Assembly: GCA_002633005.1 (NCBI GenBank)
Contig: NMRA01000940.1
Coordinates: 28,901 to 92,900 of the forward strand
From: Phoronis australis
Lineage: Eukaryota > Animalia > Phoronida
DNA length: 64,000 nucleotides
Direction: 5' to 3'
This document shows positions 13,101 through 24,290 of the stretch, piece by piece. The position numbers were made by a program, and so were the translations under genes. The notes beneath the pieces are model-generated. The model was not told where the DNA came from and ran no database searches. It was given only the letters and a program-made list of their open reading frames with translations. The first letter of the stretch is position 1; each line of letters begins with the position of its first letter.

Positions 13101-16100
13101 AGTCGGTGAGATACACAAACATCTCGCACATTAGGCACTACTAATCTCCAACTAAATAAACCGTACTAACTATAATTTTAAGTCAACATCTGAAATACCC
13201 ATTATAGATGAAGTACAACACCACTGACCTTTTCTTAGCTGTCCGTCCATAACAGCAATATTAGCGACTGCGCCTCTGTATGTATCGTACCACGAGTCAA
13301 ATATGAGAGCTTTGAATGGAGCAGCGGCGTCAGCAGTGGGTCTGGAATAGCATTCACACATTTTTCAGATGAAAATATCATTCAGATGGTCCAAGGCACC
13401 TTTGGCCTCTTTTAAAGCAGTTGGTCTCATGCAGGTTGCCTGCCGTTCAACTGGGCCCATTGCACAAAACACCGAGCATTGAAGCTAGTGACCTGCTTCA
13501 GGTGTCTAGCAGTTATGTTCAATTGGATTCAAACCTACCACCTAATGAACAGAAAGTAGATGCACAACCCACAAGGCCATTCTGCCTTATCTTAAGGCAG
13601 TCCCTACTACAATAAGCTCCATTTTCTGTATAAAATCTATAATGTGCTTGTCCCAAATCAACCATAGCTGCTTAACTTGTCTCTCTCCTGCGTGTAACAC
13701 GGTTGTACCAGCTTACAATACCTTAATACTGTGATATTTTTAGTGGTGGCAAAAGTAAGTTTGCATCAAAGTAAAAAACAAATGGTGTTTTTGATGTGTT
13801 CAAATTAAATTTTAAAGAAGAAACACAAAATTGCAGTGTGATTTCCTTTGCAACTCTTGGATTAGACTGCCATGGCAACACCTCTCAAGAGAAGGGTTCA
13901 AGAAATGAAGTGTCAGCAATTGGTTGCCCTGTTAAGATCAACTCGTCAACAAGTGGAGTTTTCATTACAGGCCACACTCACGCTGTAGAAGCGTGAACCA
14001 ACTACGCGACTAGAGGTGCCAATGAGTGCCCGGCCACCTAGTGAGAATTCAGACATTGCAGTTGGAGAACAATCAATGGGAAGGCTAAGTGGAGAATCAG
14101 AATTTCAACAGACTAGACATTCCTTCCTGGAAAAGTGACCGCGATCACTTACGGAGGTATTCTTTCCACAACAGCCTGAAGTAAGCCCTCTACACCACTT
14201 CCTAATTTGGCAGAGATCTGAAAGCATCCAATGAACAAATTAATGAAGACTGATGGGCAAAGGCAGTTTACACATTATGTAATGAATTCTATGCAGTACA
14301 CCCAAATGCACATTTCAAGGATTGGTGTAAAATAATAATAAATTAATCCAAAAACAGTGCTGACCCACGATACTCAAACCATGCACAGCTCTAATGTTCG
14401 CACGGCACAAAAACCATTATCTATTACACAGATAATTCTTAAAACTCAAACAAAATACATTTAATGAAGATAGCCTGGCTTCAAAAACAGACCAACTCGC
14501 AAAGCCTAATCTCTTAGAAATAGTCTATCAACTAAAAGATTTCTTTGAAAGCTAACTGTACAATGTTGTTTGTATCATCGAAATGGCCACTATATGGCAC
14601 AAAATATGTCGAATCCATCTGAAAACCAGATAATGTCACTGTTTCTTTAAAAGAAAGCCATTTAGAACAATAAAAATGGCCACTAAGTAGCGCAAACAAT
14701 GAATCCATCCAAAAACGAGAGGATAGCGTCATCTCACTAATAGATGTCTATGTGCCAAATTTTATGGAAATCCGTTGAGGACCTTTGAAGATACAGAGGT
14801 AAATGTAAAAAACTAAAACTGCCACTAGGGGGCACACCGGTAAACCGATCTGTTCGAAAGTCGTCATCGTCTGCTGTCAACTTCATATAAATACATTTTC
14901 TAAATTTAATAAAGATCCTGTAGAACGTGTTGGAGATACATGGGCGCAAAAACAAACAAAACTGCCAATAGAAGGCGCTACTGTAGTCGAAGTCATCTGA
15001 AAATCATCGTCAACTGTCTTCCTCATAGTAAGAATACCCATGCCAATTTTCACAATCATCCTTAAAGTGATTTGGTTGTTAGAGGAGTGGACGCCAAAAA
15101 AAAAAACGACTCGAAAACTGTAAAAACCGCCACAAGATCGTGCAAAATGCCTCGAATCCATTCGAAAACGAATGGGTAGCGTCAACTCATTAAAAGATTT
15201 CTATGTGCCAAATTTCACTAAAAATCAGTTGAGGACCTTTTAAGATACAGAGACAAACATAAAAAAACTAAAATTGCCACTAGGGGGCACAGTGGTAATC
15301 GGGTTGGTCCGAAACTCGTCGCCATCTGTCGTCAACCCCATAGAAACACACTTGCCAAACTTCAATAAGATCCTGCAAGGGGTTTAGGAGATACAGCCCG
15401 GACACTCGGACACCCAGACAGAGATGATGTCAATATGCCACCTTATAAATATGTGGGCGCATAAAAAATTCAGTTACACATCGAGAGCAATACCTTTAAA
15501 ACCTCGGAACCAGGAATGTCAAACACATTTTCAATTTGCTCAATGACGTCGTCTGGCTTTGCACCCTTCAGGTCAATTTTATTCAGTACAGGAACAATCG
15601 CAAGTTCAGCTTCAAATGCAAGATAGAAGTTGGCAATGGTCTGAGCTTGAATACCCTGCAAAGTAAATATCCAGTTTTTATGTTGTACCACAAGTTTGCT
15701 GCATGGAGATCCTCCACAATGAGATATATAAGACACACCAAACTAAATATTCTGTTGTAGGAGCTATTGGTAATATAGACGGGGAATTTAATTTGAATTC
15801 TAGAAAATACAGATTTCTACACACCAAAAGTTTTGATTTATTCATTTCTAACTTTTCTTCTCAAATAAACAAGAGTTCTGTGCTAGAGTCGATAAAAACA
15901 TTGCTTATAGCTACGTAACGTTAACGGTTAGCTTAACACTTACATTGTAGAAAACTAATGTGGTCAGCTGATACTGAGGATTTCTGATGCTGCCCATTAT
16001 TTCTTACATAAAGAATTGCGAAAATCTTAACTTTCAAAGAATTGATTGCCTTACTTTCAGTAATGGAAACTTAGATAGCCATCTAAACTCACGACTTTGC

Positions 16101-19100
16101 TAGTGTTATTGACCCTATTTATTTTGTTTTTCAGTAATAATTTTGACTGATCGGGCCAAACACAGAATGATGGATAGTAGACGTCTGTCACCCACCTGAT
16201 TGGCATCCACCAGTAATATCACACCCTGACAAGCTGCCAGCGACCGAGACACTTCATAGTTGAAGTCAACGTGACCCTGAAAAGTAACAGTCAGAAAACA
16301 ACAACTTATTATAAGTTAATATGACAGTCAAGCACTAGTGTTCTGGGACTTCCAAAGAGTGTTGCACAGTAAAAACCAAAAGTTTACAGACAAAATGACC
16401 TGAAATTCGCTGTCATGACAGCTGGGCGTAAGCAGAATTTATCATCAGAGTACTCATCCCTCGTGATTGAGAATGAAGCGGAATAAACAAAGAACTTAGT
16501 AAGGGGGCTAAACCACTCTGCAATTAGAATTTTGCCCACATAATATTTCTAAAAAAGCTATCTTCTATGTTAATTAACAAAATTAGAAACCAAGATGGGG
16601 AGACGGTACTTTTGTCTGGTTAGTTTTTAGTCTTGCACAATACATGTATTTACAGAAAGGCCAAACGTAACCAGACTAGAAACGACTGGTTCCCTTTTAT
16701 GACAGTCGAACGCAAGTGGAGTTTGTCATTATAGCAGTTGAATGCAAAATGGGGAATTCAATTGAAAAGTAACAAAAGGTAGAAAGGTTATTCATCATAC
16801 CTATAGTTAAGCATGTAAACAAATTCATTACCTACTTATTAGATGGAGCATGTTATGAACAAAAACGTAAGATACAGACACACACATCTAATTAGGTCAC
16901 TCGTCACCATGCTGCAACATGTGACTTGTGTTTGTCAGGAGCGTTAATGAAAAGTAAGATTTTAGTGTGGCCAAGCACTTAAAATACACAGCCACAAATT
17001 TTCACGAGCACAGATTTCTTACATCCAGGCAATGATTCTATGAAACGTATTTTGCAAATGAGATATTTATCACAATCATGTGACTGACTTTCGTGTCAGA
17101 AGGTGTCACTACTAGTTGAAACCTAAAGTTGTAACCACATATGGCATGTACTATATGAAAAACAAGATTTTACAACATGTGACAAAATAAAAAATGAACT
17201 TATGTGTACATGATTGGTTCTAAAATTATCAGCTCTGCAAATCAAGACAACAGTCTAAACCAACGGACTTTAAAAGAACAAAAGTCTTCATCTAATGTAT
17301 TTAAAATCTCGGGAACACATACAGGAGTGTCAATCAGATTCAGCAAGTAGGTTTCTCCATCGTACTCATAAAACAGTGAGGCAGTCTGGGCTTTAACTGT
17401 GATGCCACGTTCTCTTTCAACTTGCAGTTTGTCAAGGACTTGTTGATTGGCCGAACTGCTATCGATTACACCTTAAAATTGCAAATTCTGTTCTAAGTCA
17501 ATAAGACCATTACACAATATAAAACAATGAATTAGATGCATCGATTCCTTCCACGTTATATTCTTAAATTAAGGACACTGTATATGGAATACCTTTTGTC
17601 AAATCAAATTTCTCAACAAAAACAAAGTTATAGAACTTTACGAGACACGATTTATGCTGCACAATGGACATCAAACAACATTTTGTTAAAATTTCAAGGT
17701 GCAGCAGCTGTACCTTAACACTCCTGAAAAAAAACAGTAAATGGGCATCTTATCCCTCATTAACAATGCATGCCAAGAAATCAGACAGAATTCTGCTTTC
17801 TCATCATTACAGAATGTCACACTGCCAAAACTAATCATTCCATTCACTCAGATGAGTGGATACCACTTGCACTCAGCCATCATGGCAGGGAAGTCTGCTT
17901 GAGGTAAGACGTCATGAGAGGGAACTTTTGAGTCATTTTGTCCGATTATGGCGCGTACTGTTAGTCTAAAGATGAAGAATCTTTTCTTTATAGTTTGCAA
18001 CACAGAAATATGAATGACTGACAGAAAACTCACGTGACTACCCGAATGCGTGCATTTCTACAGTTAGGACTGGTGCTGCGCTAGTGCCACCTAGTAAAAT
18101 TCACCCATTGCTGAGAACAAACACAAATCCTGCACACATACCTGTGAGCTCTAACAATCGGTCAGCGAGAGTACTTTTACCGTGATCTACATGGGCTATG
18201 ATACTGAAGTTTCGGATATTCTTCGCAGGAAACACCGTCATGTTCAGTTTATCCTGAAAAGTCATCAATCAACAGATCAAATCAATAACGAACACAAAAT
18301 GGAGGAGGGCCAAGTTTCCCTGAGCAGCAAATGCCGAGTATTTGACAGTGCAGGTTTTGCTGAGAATGGTATTGGTTAATCAACAAAATTATATTTAAAC
18401 AACTTTGATTTTGGCCCTTACATCATTATCTCATTTCTAGTCTGGTCTTCGTGGACATTACAATATACGAATCACGACAAAAAGTCAATTACAATGCATG
18501 GAAAAATCATACATACGCATGCTACTGCAATGTTGAATTACACCACAACACTTTCAAGCAGTTTTACACCGAGTCTCTTAAGCCTGCAGAAGAAGCACAA
18601 GGACTACAAAATTTGTGCTCCAAGCATCTTTGCATTAACAAAAGAATGCCTAGGTCAGTGAACATATAATTCAAGGTACCTTATCTTTGTCTGTGATTGG
18701 TATGCTAGAAGGCTTTGATTCAGAAGCATAATGCCGTCTTGAAACATTGTTGAGTAGCTGCCTCCTGAAAATTTTAAAATAGCATAAAATGACACACAGG
18801 TAAAGCATTTATTAAGTATATAGTTACCCATTTGATTACACACACACCTCATTAGCATATAATTATGTTCAACATTAAAAAGATAAATTTTCTGTGACGC
18901 ACGCTGTTCTTCAATAAAAATTTTATTGTTGAAGAATAAGTAATCTTTATACCCGAATATTAGCCTCAAATGGCACATACAGCCGTGTAAAAACCCATTT
19001 AGTTATCTCACTAGTGAGATTTTGGCGGGAAACCGAGGGCGGTTTCGAACCCGGGCATCAAGAGTTTTGGTTGCCGACTTTACCACTACACCACACAGTG

Positions 19101-22100
19101 GCTGACATCATTGAGTGTGAAAACAGAATACTTAAATGAGCACGCGCAACAATCGCATGTTCAACAAAGGGCATTGTACTGACATTTAAATGCTATGAAA
19201 AATAAGACGCATAATTTCCATAAAAACGATATCTTAATTCAGTGAAATTTTTCTCTCGTGTTCTCCTACTTGTAAATCACAGATCTCCAATTTGAATGTG
19301 GTTATTGTGTCGCCGGGATCCATTGACTTGAGAATTATACTCAGTTACCTGTGGTAACCTACTTTATCAGACAATAGTTTCCAGGTCGAAGCTTAGAGTA
19401 ACAAACTGTGTTTTAAGCTATAATACTTCGCAAACCTTAATTTGTTAGTTCACTTTATTTCTATTTTGTTTAAATTTTCAATTGGTTTTGAGTAAAAGCA
19501 TTATTTGACAAAAATAGCTCGGCTTTTAATGCCCCTTGGGCGAGAATCCTACAAAATTCACGAGGGCTCTAGATAATGGCGGATAACAACTTCGCCTTGT
19601 AATAATCTATATTCATACGACAGTTAATCATGAAATCTGGAATTACTGTTAGAAATGCTCAAAGTTTTGAACTATTTGACATAATTTCCACTCTTTGCGA
19701 GCACATGAATCTGCAGACAATACGTCAAGAATGCATTCCAACTAAGTTTAATTCTAAAATAACACATTCTATTTGTAATTCAAAGCACACACCATTGTGC
19801 ACATCTATCAATAAAACAATCAGTATAATTAACTCATTTAACCAAACACGGAGATGATAACAACTAGTGACCGCACAGCTCATAATACACAGATACATAA
19901 CAGATATCATTGCAGGACACAACACATAAATATGGAGTTGGCCTTGGACGAAGGTCAACACAAATGTCATTTTCAAACTAGCACACGATTGTCAGGGTTA
20001 CTCATATCGCCTCATCCCTCAAAACCCGCCTAAATCTTTCCACATATAAAACAGCTATGCCGAAAACCACCTCAAGTACATCACAAAACTTACCACACAA
20101 AATACCGTTTCCCCGGCATGACAGCTACATTCTATCAACAGAAAAACTAACTAGTAATACAGAAAGGCTTTGCCATAATATTAACTTTCATTCTCAGTCA
20201 TAACGGAACGCTGCTCTGAAGATAAGTTCAGCTTCCGGTCAGCCGTCATGGCAAGGAATTGCAGGTCATTTTGTCTGAACATTTTTGGCATGTACTGTAG
20301 CTTGACAATAACTTAGGAACCAATTTTGCTCAAAACACAAAAAGTACTGTCTGGGGTTCACCTAAGAGGCCAGTCACCCAGGAGGAGTGTCAGCATATTG
20401 TCTTAGCCAGTAGTGTACGTAGGTTGGTGGGTTAAAATTGTCAAAAAGAACAATTGTCATGGACCAGTGTGCACTATACACGATAGCTACTGGACACCAC
20501 CTGGTAATGTTGCGTTGACCAAACAAAATAATGCCACTTACAACAAGTTTTTTGATAAATAGACGCTGAGGTTGGCCAGTAATGAAGTATATCAAATAAA
20601 CACTGTTTACAGCCAACTGTTAAGTCACACATCCCATGAGTGGTGTTTCGCCTTTTTCACATGAGATTTGGACAATTATATGTACACAATCAGCAACTTA
20701 CCAATACGTGTTAACTAGATATAGTAAATATATAGACAGTGAGGTTGGCCAGTAATGAAATATATCAAACAAACACAGAAAAATCAGGAACCCCAACTGG
20801 AAATTGAACAACAGGTCTCTAGATTGCCGGTCTAGTGCTCTCACCACTGAGCTACTGAAGACCCGATATCTGTGCAATTACTGTTTACAGCCAACTGTTA
20901 AGTCACACATCACATGAGTTTTTTGATAAAATGTTATTTCTTAGTTCTTACTTAAAGTGATCCATCTCCCATCACAAAAAGCAATTTTTGACTTAGATCA
21001 CTTTGTCTTCACCAGTATGAAATTGATCTCAAATTGTTGAATAGTCAACTGCAGATGATTTAGGGTTTTGAAAGAGTAGCAAGTTTGTTATTGACTTGCC
21101 ACAGTCTGCCATTTTATGTACTGACCATATTTACTACCAATAACAAACTGCAGGTTCTTTGCCACTCCAGAGCTCACTTTCCATCTGAGTAAGGCTGCAA
21201 CAAGTTGTAACCAATTTTAGAGTAACTGAGCAAGTGGTCTAAACTAAAAGAATTCACTTCTTGGACTGAACTTGGAACGTGGGATTATGGCTCCGCATAA
21301 AGACTTCCAGACATGACAAACAACAGTCCGATAAAGCCTCCCGAAGACGCTTTCGAAGTGGCAATTGCTTTTTAGCTGGGAACTCTGGCTGAAACGGCCT
21401 TGGTGTCGACAGAATTTTTAACATTTATTGCTTGTAAGACCTACAAGCCACCCCAGATGTATGTAATTGTTCTAAGTAGCAGACAGACAGTGTTCTGGCC
21501 CGGTAGTGGTGGAGCATCGCTGAGGACAAATTCCAAGACATGGGTGCAATTGGATGGGTGTTGCTGATCTTGGGCTAAGGGCAAATTCCAGGATGCTAAG
21601 AGTTGGTACCAGGACTAGGAGGGCAGCAGACATGCCTATTTCACAGAACAGCTGAAGGGGAGTGTTGTATCACTTGACTTTTGAGAAACATGCAACGATA
21701 AATCCTCTCCAAACTGCTTACCGAGCGGCAATTGCCTGTTAGCCAAACGATTTGGAGGGTCGCCTCTCACAATGGGAACCCATTCCTGGGCACAGCCTCC
21801 AGCCAATGGCAATTAGTCCATTCCACTCACCAGTCCAAGTCTCGCCTCCCGACCCACAGGTGTCCTTAGCTTCTGATCGTCCCCAATACACTATATACGG
21901 TACGGCAACTGCCGATTTGTCACGGAGTGTCACGACATCGATAACTCCAAGACCATTCATAACCTTCCGTGATGAGCCAGCAATTGTTGTACATCCGTAA
22001 CTCGTCGGATAATTCCGTACCGTCCTTGACCTCGAACTGTCCAAGGAGGTTCGATGCACAGGCTTTTTGGGAACATTTTTGTGCTTTAACCGCAAATTTC

Positions 22101-22544
22101 TTGCAAACTCAGTGGAGCAGGATATCGTAAATGTTATTGGGAGACTAAAGAACAATTGCTCACGGTTTATTGAACCTTTGTTTTGTGTAAATTTATTGAG
22201 TTTTGTGTTTGTTATGGACGGCTGAAGTGAAGCACCCGTGGAATTTCTAGTACGAAGTGTCATACCTTGTAGTATTATATGTAGTATATTGGGGACGATC
22301 AGAAGCTGAGGACGCCTGTGGCTGAGGACGCCTGTGCCCCGACCCAGCCAGACGACCAAGTCGACGGAATTTTAATATACCAATCACGGTGAAAGTCTAA
22401 GGCAATTTATTTGACAAAACGTTAGATTAATTGGTAGTGTGCATACCTGAGTCCTCTGTAAATACAATATGATAGTTCGGAGAAAATATAAGAACGTTCT
22501 ATAGAGTTTAAGGCACTTCTACAAAGCGGACAGACAATCTTCAT
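4062..22544 (-). CDS. GUF1: Translation factor GUF1, mitochondrial (EF-4/LepA GTPase), complete 18-exon gene
   Basis: All introns GT-AG and phase-consistent; exons sum to 2016 nt (671 aa + stop); motifs [66 protein letters not shown]. Confidence 0.97.
4387..4599 (-). CDS. GUF1: GUF1 exon 17
   Basis: [10 protein letters not shown]...[35 protein letters not shown]. Confidence 0.95.
5480..5525 (-). CDS. GUF1: GUF1 exon 16
   Basis: [15 protein letters not shown]. Confidence 0.92.
6272..6405 (-). CDS. GUF1: GUF1 exon 15
   Basis: ERRG...[22 protein letters not shown]. Confidence 0.95.
6668..6769 (-). CDS. GUF1: GUF1 exon 14
   Basis: [26 protein letters not shown]. Confidence 0.92.
7672..7742 (-). 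CDS. GUF1: GUF1 exon 13
   Basis: [23 protein letters not shown]; phase 1 to phase 0 bridges the flanking exons. Confidence 0.88.
8013..8140 (-). CDS. GUF1: GUF1 exon 12
   Basis: [28 protein letters not shown]...TTPNVPYK. Confidence 0.95.
9065..9122. repeat. 30-bp tandem duplication (~2 copies) in GUF1 intron
   Basis: gccctggctgacagtgacacacaagtcata / gccctggctgacagtgatacacaagtga. Confidence 0.9.
9146..9255 (-). CDS. GUF1: GUF1 exon 11
   Basis: [32 protein letters not shown]. Confidence 0.93.
9720..9849 (-). CDS. GUF1: GUF1 exon 10
   Basis: [24 protein letters not shown]...[11 protein letters not shown]. Confidence 0.93.
10552..10642 (-). CDS. GUF1: GUF1 exon 9
   Basis: [31 protein letters not shown]. 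Confidence 0.92.
10890..12654. mobile_element. Non-autonomous hAT-like element
   Basis: 11-bp TIR CAGGGATATAC/GTATATCCCTG; repeated subterminal ctcgccca/tggcgag motifs; flanks ccttcc/acttcc. Confidence 0.75.
11338..12464. mobile_element. Tc1/mariner (pogo-like) non-autonomous element
   Basis: TA flanks; TIR caacattcgttctaataagcgccc vs gggcgcttattagagcgaatacgg; internal repeats of taagcgccc. Confidence 0.75.
13229..13341 (-). CDS. GUF1: GUF1 exon 8
   Basis: [30 protein letters not shown]. Confidence 0.93.
14153..14217 (-). CDS. GUF1: GUF1 exon 7
   Basis: [22 protein letters not shown]. Confidence 0.93.
14530..15467 (+). mobile_element. Helentron/HINE-like non-autonomous element with internal ~145-165 bp tandem subunits
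   Basis: 14701-14940 repeats at 15155-15395 (period ~455); recurring gccaaatttc and gagataca boxes; ggac/agac microsatellite-like tract, then a 3' hairpin and A-run; left boundary approximate. Confidence 0.65.
15494..15655 (-). CDS. GUF1: GUF1 exon 6
   Basis: [29 protein letters not shown]. Confidence 0.95.
16196..16276 (-). CDS. GUF1: GUF1 exon 5
   Basis: [27 protein letters not shown]. Confidence 0.95.
17323..17471 (-). CDS. GUF1: GUF1 exon 4
   Basis: [25 protein letters not shown]...LNLIDTP. Confidence 0.95.
18142..18253 (-). CDS. GUF1: GUF1 exon 3 (P-loop)
   Basis: [26 protein letters not shown]. Confidence 0.95.
18680..18764 (-). CDS. GUF1: GUF1 exon 2
   Basis: [28 protein letters not shown]; RRHYAS resembles a mitochondrial cleavage site; good splice sites. 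Confidence 0.75.
19030..19100 (-). mobile_element. tRNA-derived SINE-like head
   Basis: Minus strand gtggtgtagtggtaaag (A box) ... gggttcgaaacc (B box); no proper cloverleaf. Confidence 0.6.
20777..20879 (-). mobile_element. tRNA-derived SINE-like segment
   Basis: Minus strand gtagctcagtggtgagagca, ctaga/tctag anticodon-like stem, degenerate gttcaattt B box. Confidence 0.6.
21836..22410. mobile_element. Putative Penelope-like relic with inverted degenerate hammerhead termini
   Basis: ~21852-21893 is the reverse complement of ~22281-22321; minus strand reads CTAAGGA-cacct...aggc-GAGAC, plus copy has CTGAGGA-cgcct; 16-bp duplication at 22304-22336. Confidence 0.45.
22447..22544 (-). CDS. GUF1: GUF1 exon 1 (ATG, putative transit peptide)
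   Basis: [19 protein letters not shown]...RGLR; AG|gtatgc donor; phase 2 fits the next exon; poorly conserved region. Confidence 0.65.
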
Positions 22545-22548
22545 TTTA

Positions 22549-22573
22549 GTGGCACACGTGTGCCACCTAGTGG
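22549..22573 (-). promoter_or_regulatory. CTCF-consensus motif overlapping an 18-bp palindrome/E-box just upstream of the GUF1 ATG
   Basis: Minus strand CCACTAGGTGGCAC at 22560-22573; GTGGCACACGTGTGCCAC at 22549-22566. Confidence 0.6.
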
Positions 22574-23277
22574 AAAAACTTTACTAAGTACCTCCCAATA
22601 CAAAAGAGTTACCGTTGTTTCTGTCACGGCTCCTGTAAACAATTAGTGACCGACTACCGTTGTTTCCAAACCTCGGACGTGTGTTCCGTGGGCGAGAGAA
22701 CCTCCCAAAAAAATTAAACCCATGGTTAAAATTAGTTTCATAAAACAGAACCTAAGAAATTCGAAGAAACACCTCGGCCAATGATGAAAAATTTGTAGAA
22801 ACTTATAACCACCGCCATATCTGCAGTTGGCAAAGCGTTTGACGGTGTAGTTTCTAGTTGGTTCATAACTATTTATGAGTTTTAACTGCTGAAATCTCTG
22901 TTTACAATTGCCTATATATGTAAAGTACTGTGAGTACCATTAATCCGTTAAACACGTACTATGCAGTGCTGTATTGGGACGTAGGCGCCAGCCAACCACC
23001 TTTTGGCATTTGAACGTACAGCGCCTACGAACCGTAATTTACGTTCAGTGCTCAAGATGGTACGGTGGGCTTTGGTCTCCTACTTACCTCTTGTTACCAC
23101 TCCAGCACTGGTACTATATTGCCAACAAGGTCATGAAAAATCGGCGTACTTGTAGTCCTGACACTGACTGTTTCTTACAAAGGCAGGCACTGAACAACTC
23201 GTATAAATGAAAGAGATATACAATTGTAATTCTTATGAGACTATTGGATAAATTATCAACATTATACCTTAATAAAA

Positions 23278-23534
23278 CAGTGGCAGATCTAGGATACCAT
23301 ATAAGGGGGACCAAAGATGTTGCCTCGGAGAATTGGGTAAAGCGCGATTGTATGGACAGGCAGCCCGAAAGTTGCGGGGGCTGGCGATATGGACTAAAAA
23401 AAAAAACGGGAACACGATTCCCCTGCGCTCTGCCCTCCCCCCGGCATTCCAAATTGGTGCACTGTTTCTTGCACCAGCCAAGGGGGGGGGGGCGGACCCC
23501 TGCCCCCCCCCCCTTAAATTAATCCGCCTATATG
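23278..23534 (-). mobile_element. MITE, same family as 51868-52855
   Basis: Ends cagtggcagatctaggata ... ccccccccttaaattaatccgcctatatg; flanks taaaa/taaac. Confidence 0.65.
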
Positions 23535-23726
23535 TAAACCATCGGAAATACTAGTGATCCTTTCGTGTAATTCGCAATAGTCTTCAAGCTCGATCTGCCA
23601 AAATCCATCCTTTCGAAGGCGTCTAACCTAACTGTCCGAGTATTTTCCCCGAGTACCTGAGGCCTGCAAAAGTTTGGTTCATTGGGCCGAGTTTTTTAAT
23701 ACTGTTGTATTTGTCGAACTTCGCTT

Positions 23727-24290
23727 CATTTACGGCCGGTTTTCCCGTTGCTCCCAACTTGTTCGATTCTATAGCCCAACAACAAGTTGGGAAGTTTACC
23801 CCTGTTGCCAATATCTTACACGACTGATTAACTCCATTCTGGCATTTATGGTTGGAGGTTCAGCTCTCTTAGTGTTCGATAATTGCTATAATCCCCAATA
23901 AGATCGTATATACCCTGACCGGGTTGTGCTGTTAAAAATAAAAGTTAAGTTATACAATATTTGAACATACAATAGCTTTTCTGAAATCTTCGTCAAATGG
24001 TGATCATGTTTAGTATTTGAATCTCCAAAATAGCCCAACTGCAACCGAAGTTACGCAATATATTCTTTCCGATTACACCAATTTAATCTGAGTTTGACTG
24101 CGTTCACACGTGGTCTGAAATAAGCCTGAGTGGTAGATAATTGGCTTACTTGCTGTCGTAACAGACAAAAGAGTGTGCTTGGCCAGTTAACAAAGACGCC
24201 AAAAAAGCTAGATGTTATCACACGCTCAGAACCCCCTACTGTACGTCTGGTAAAGTCCCTGAACGGGAAAACGCTGTCATGTTGTGTTTT
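23727..24290 (+). repeat. Dispersed repeat family, copy 1
   Basis: Aligns to 44556-45110 (direct) and 25573-25877 (inverted), e.g. gccaatatcttacacgactgattaa. Confidence 0.85.

Noticed and set aside
14530-15467. CRISPR-like repeat-spacer array
   Set aside because: Eukaryotic intron, units homologous along their whole length, no unique spacers and no cas genes
21739-22359. 206-aa minus-strand ORF in GUF1 intron 1
   Set aside because: No recognisable domain; it overlaps an inverted-repeat relic and does not begin with ATG
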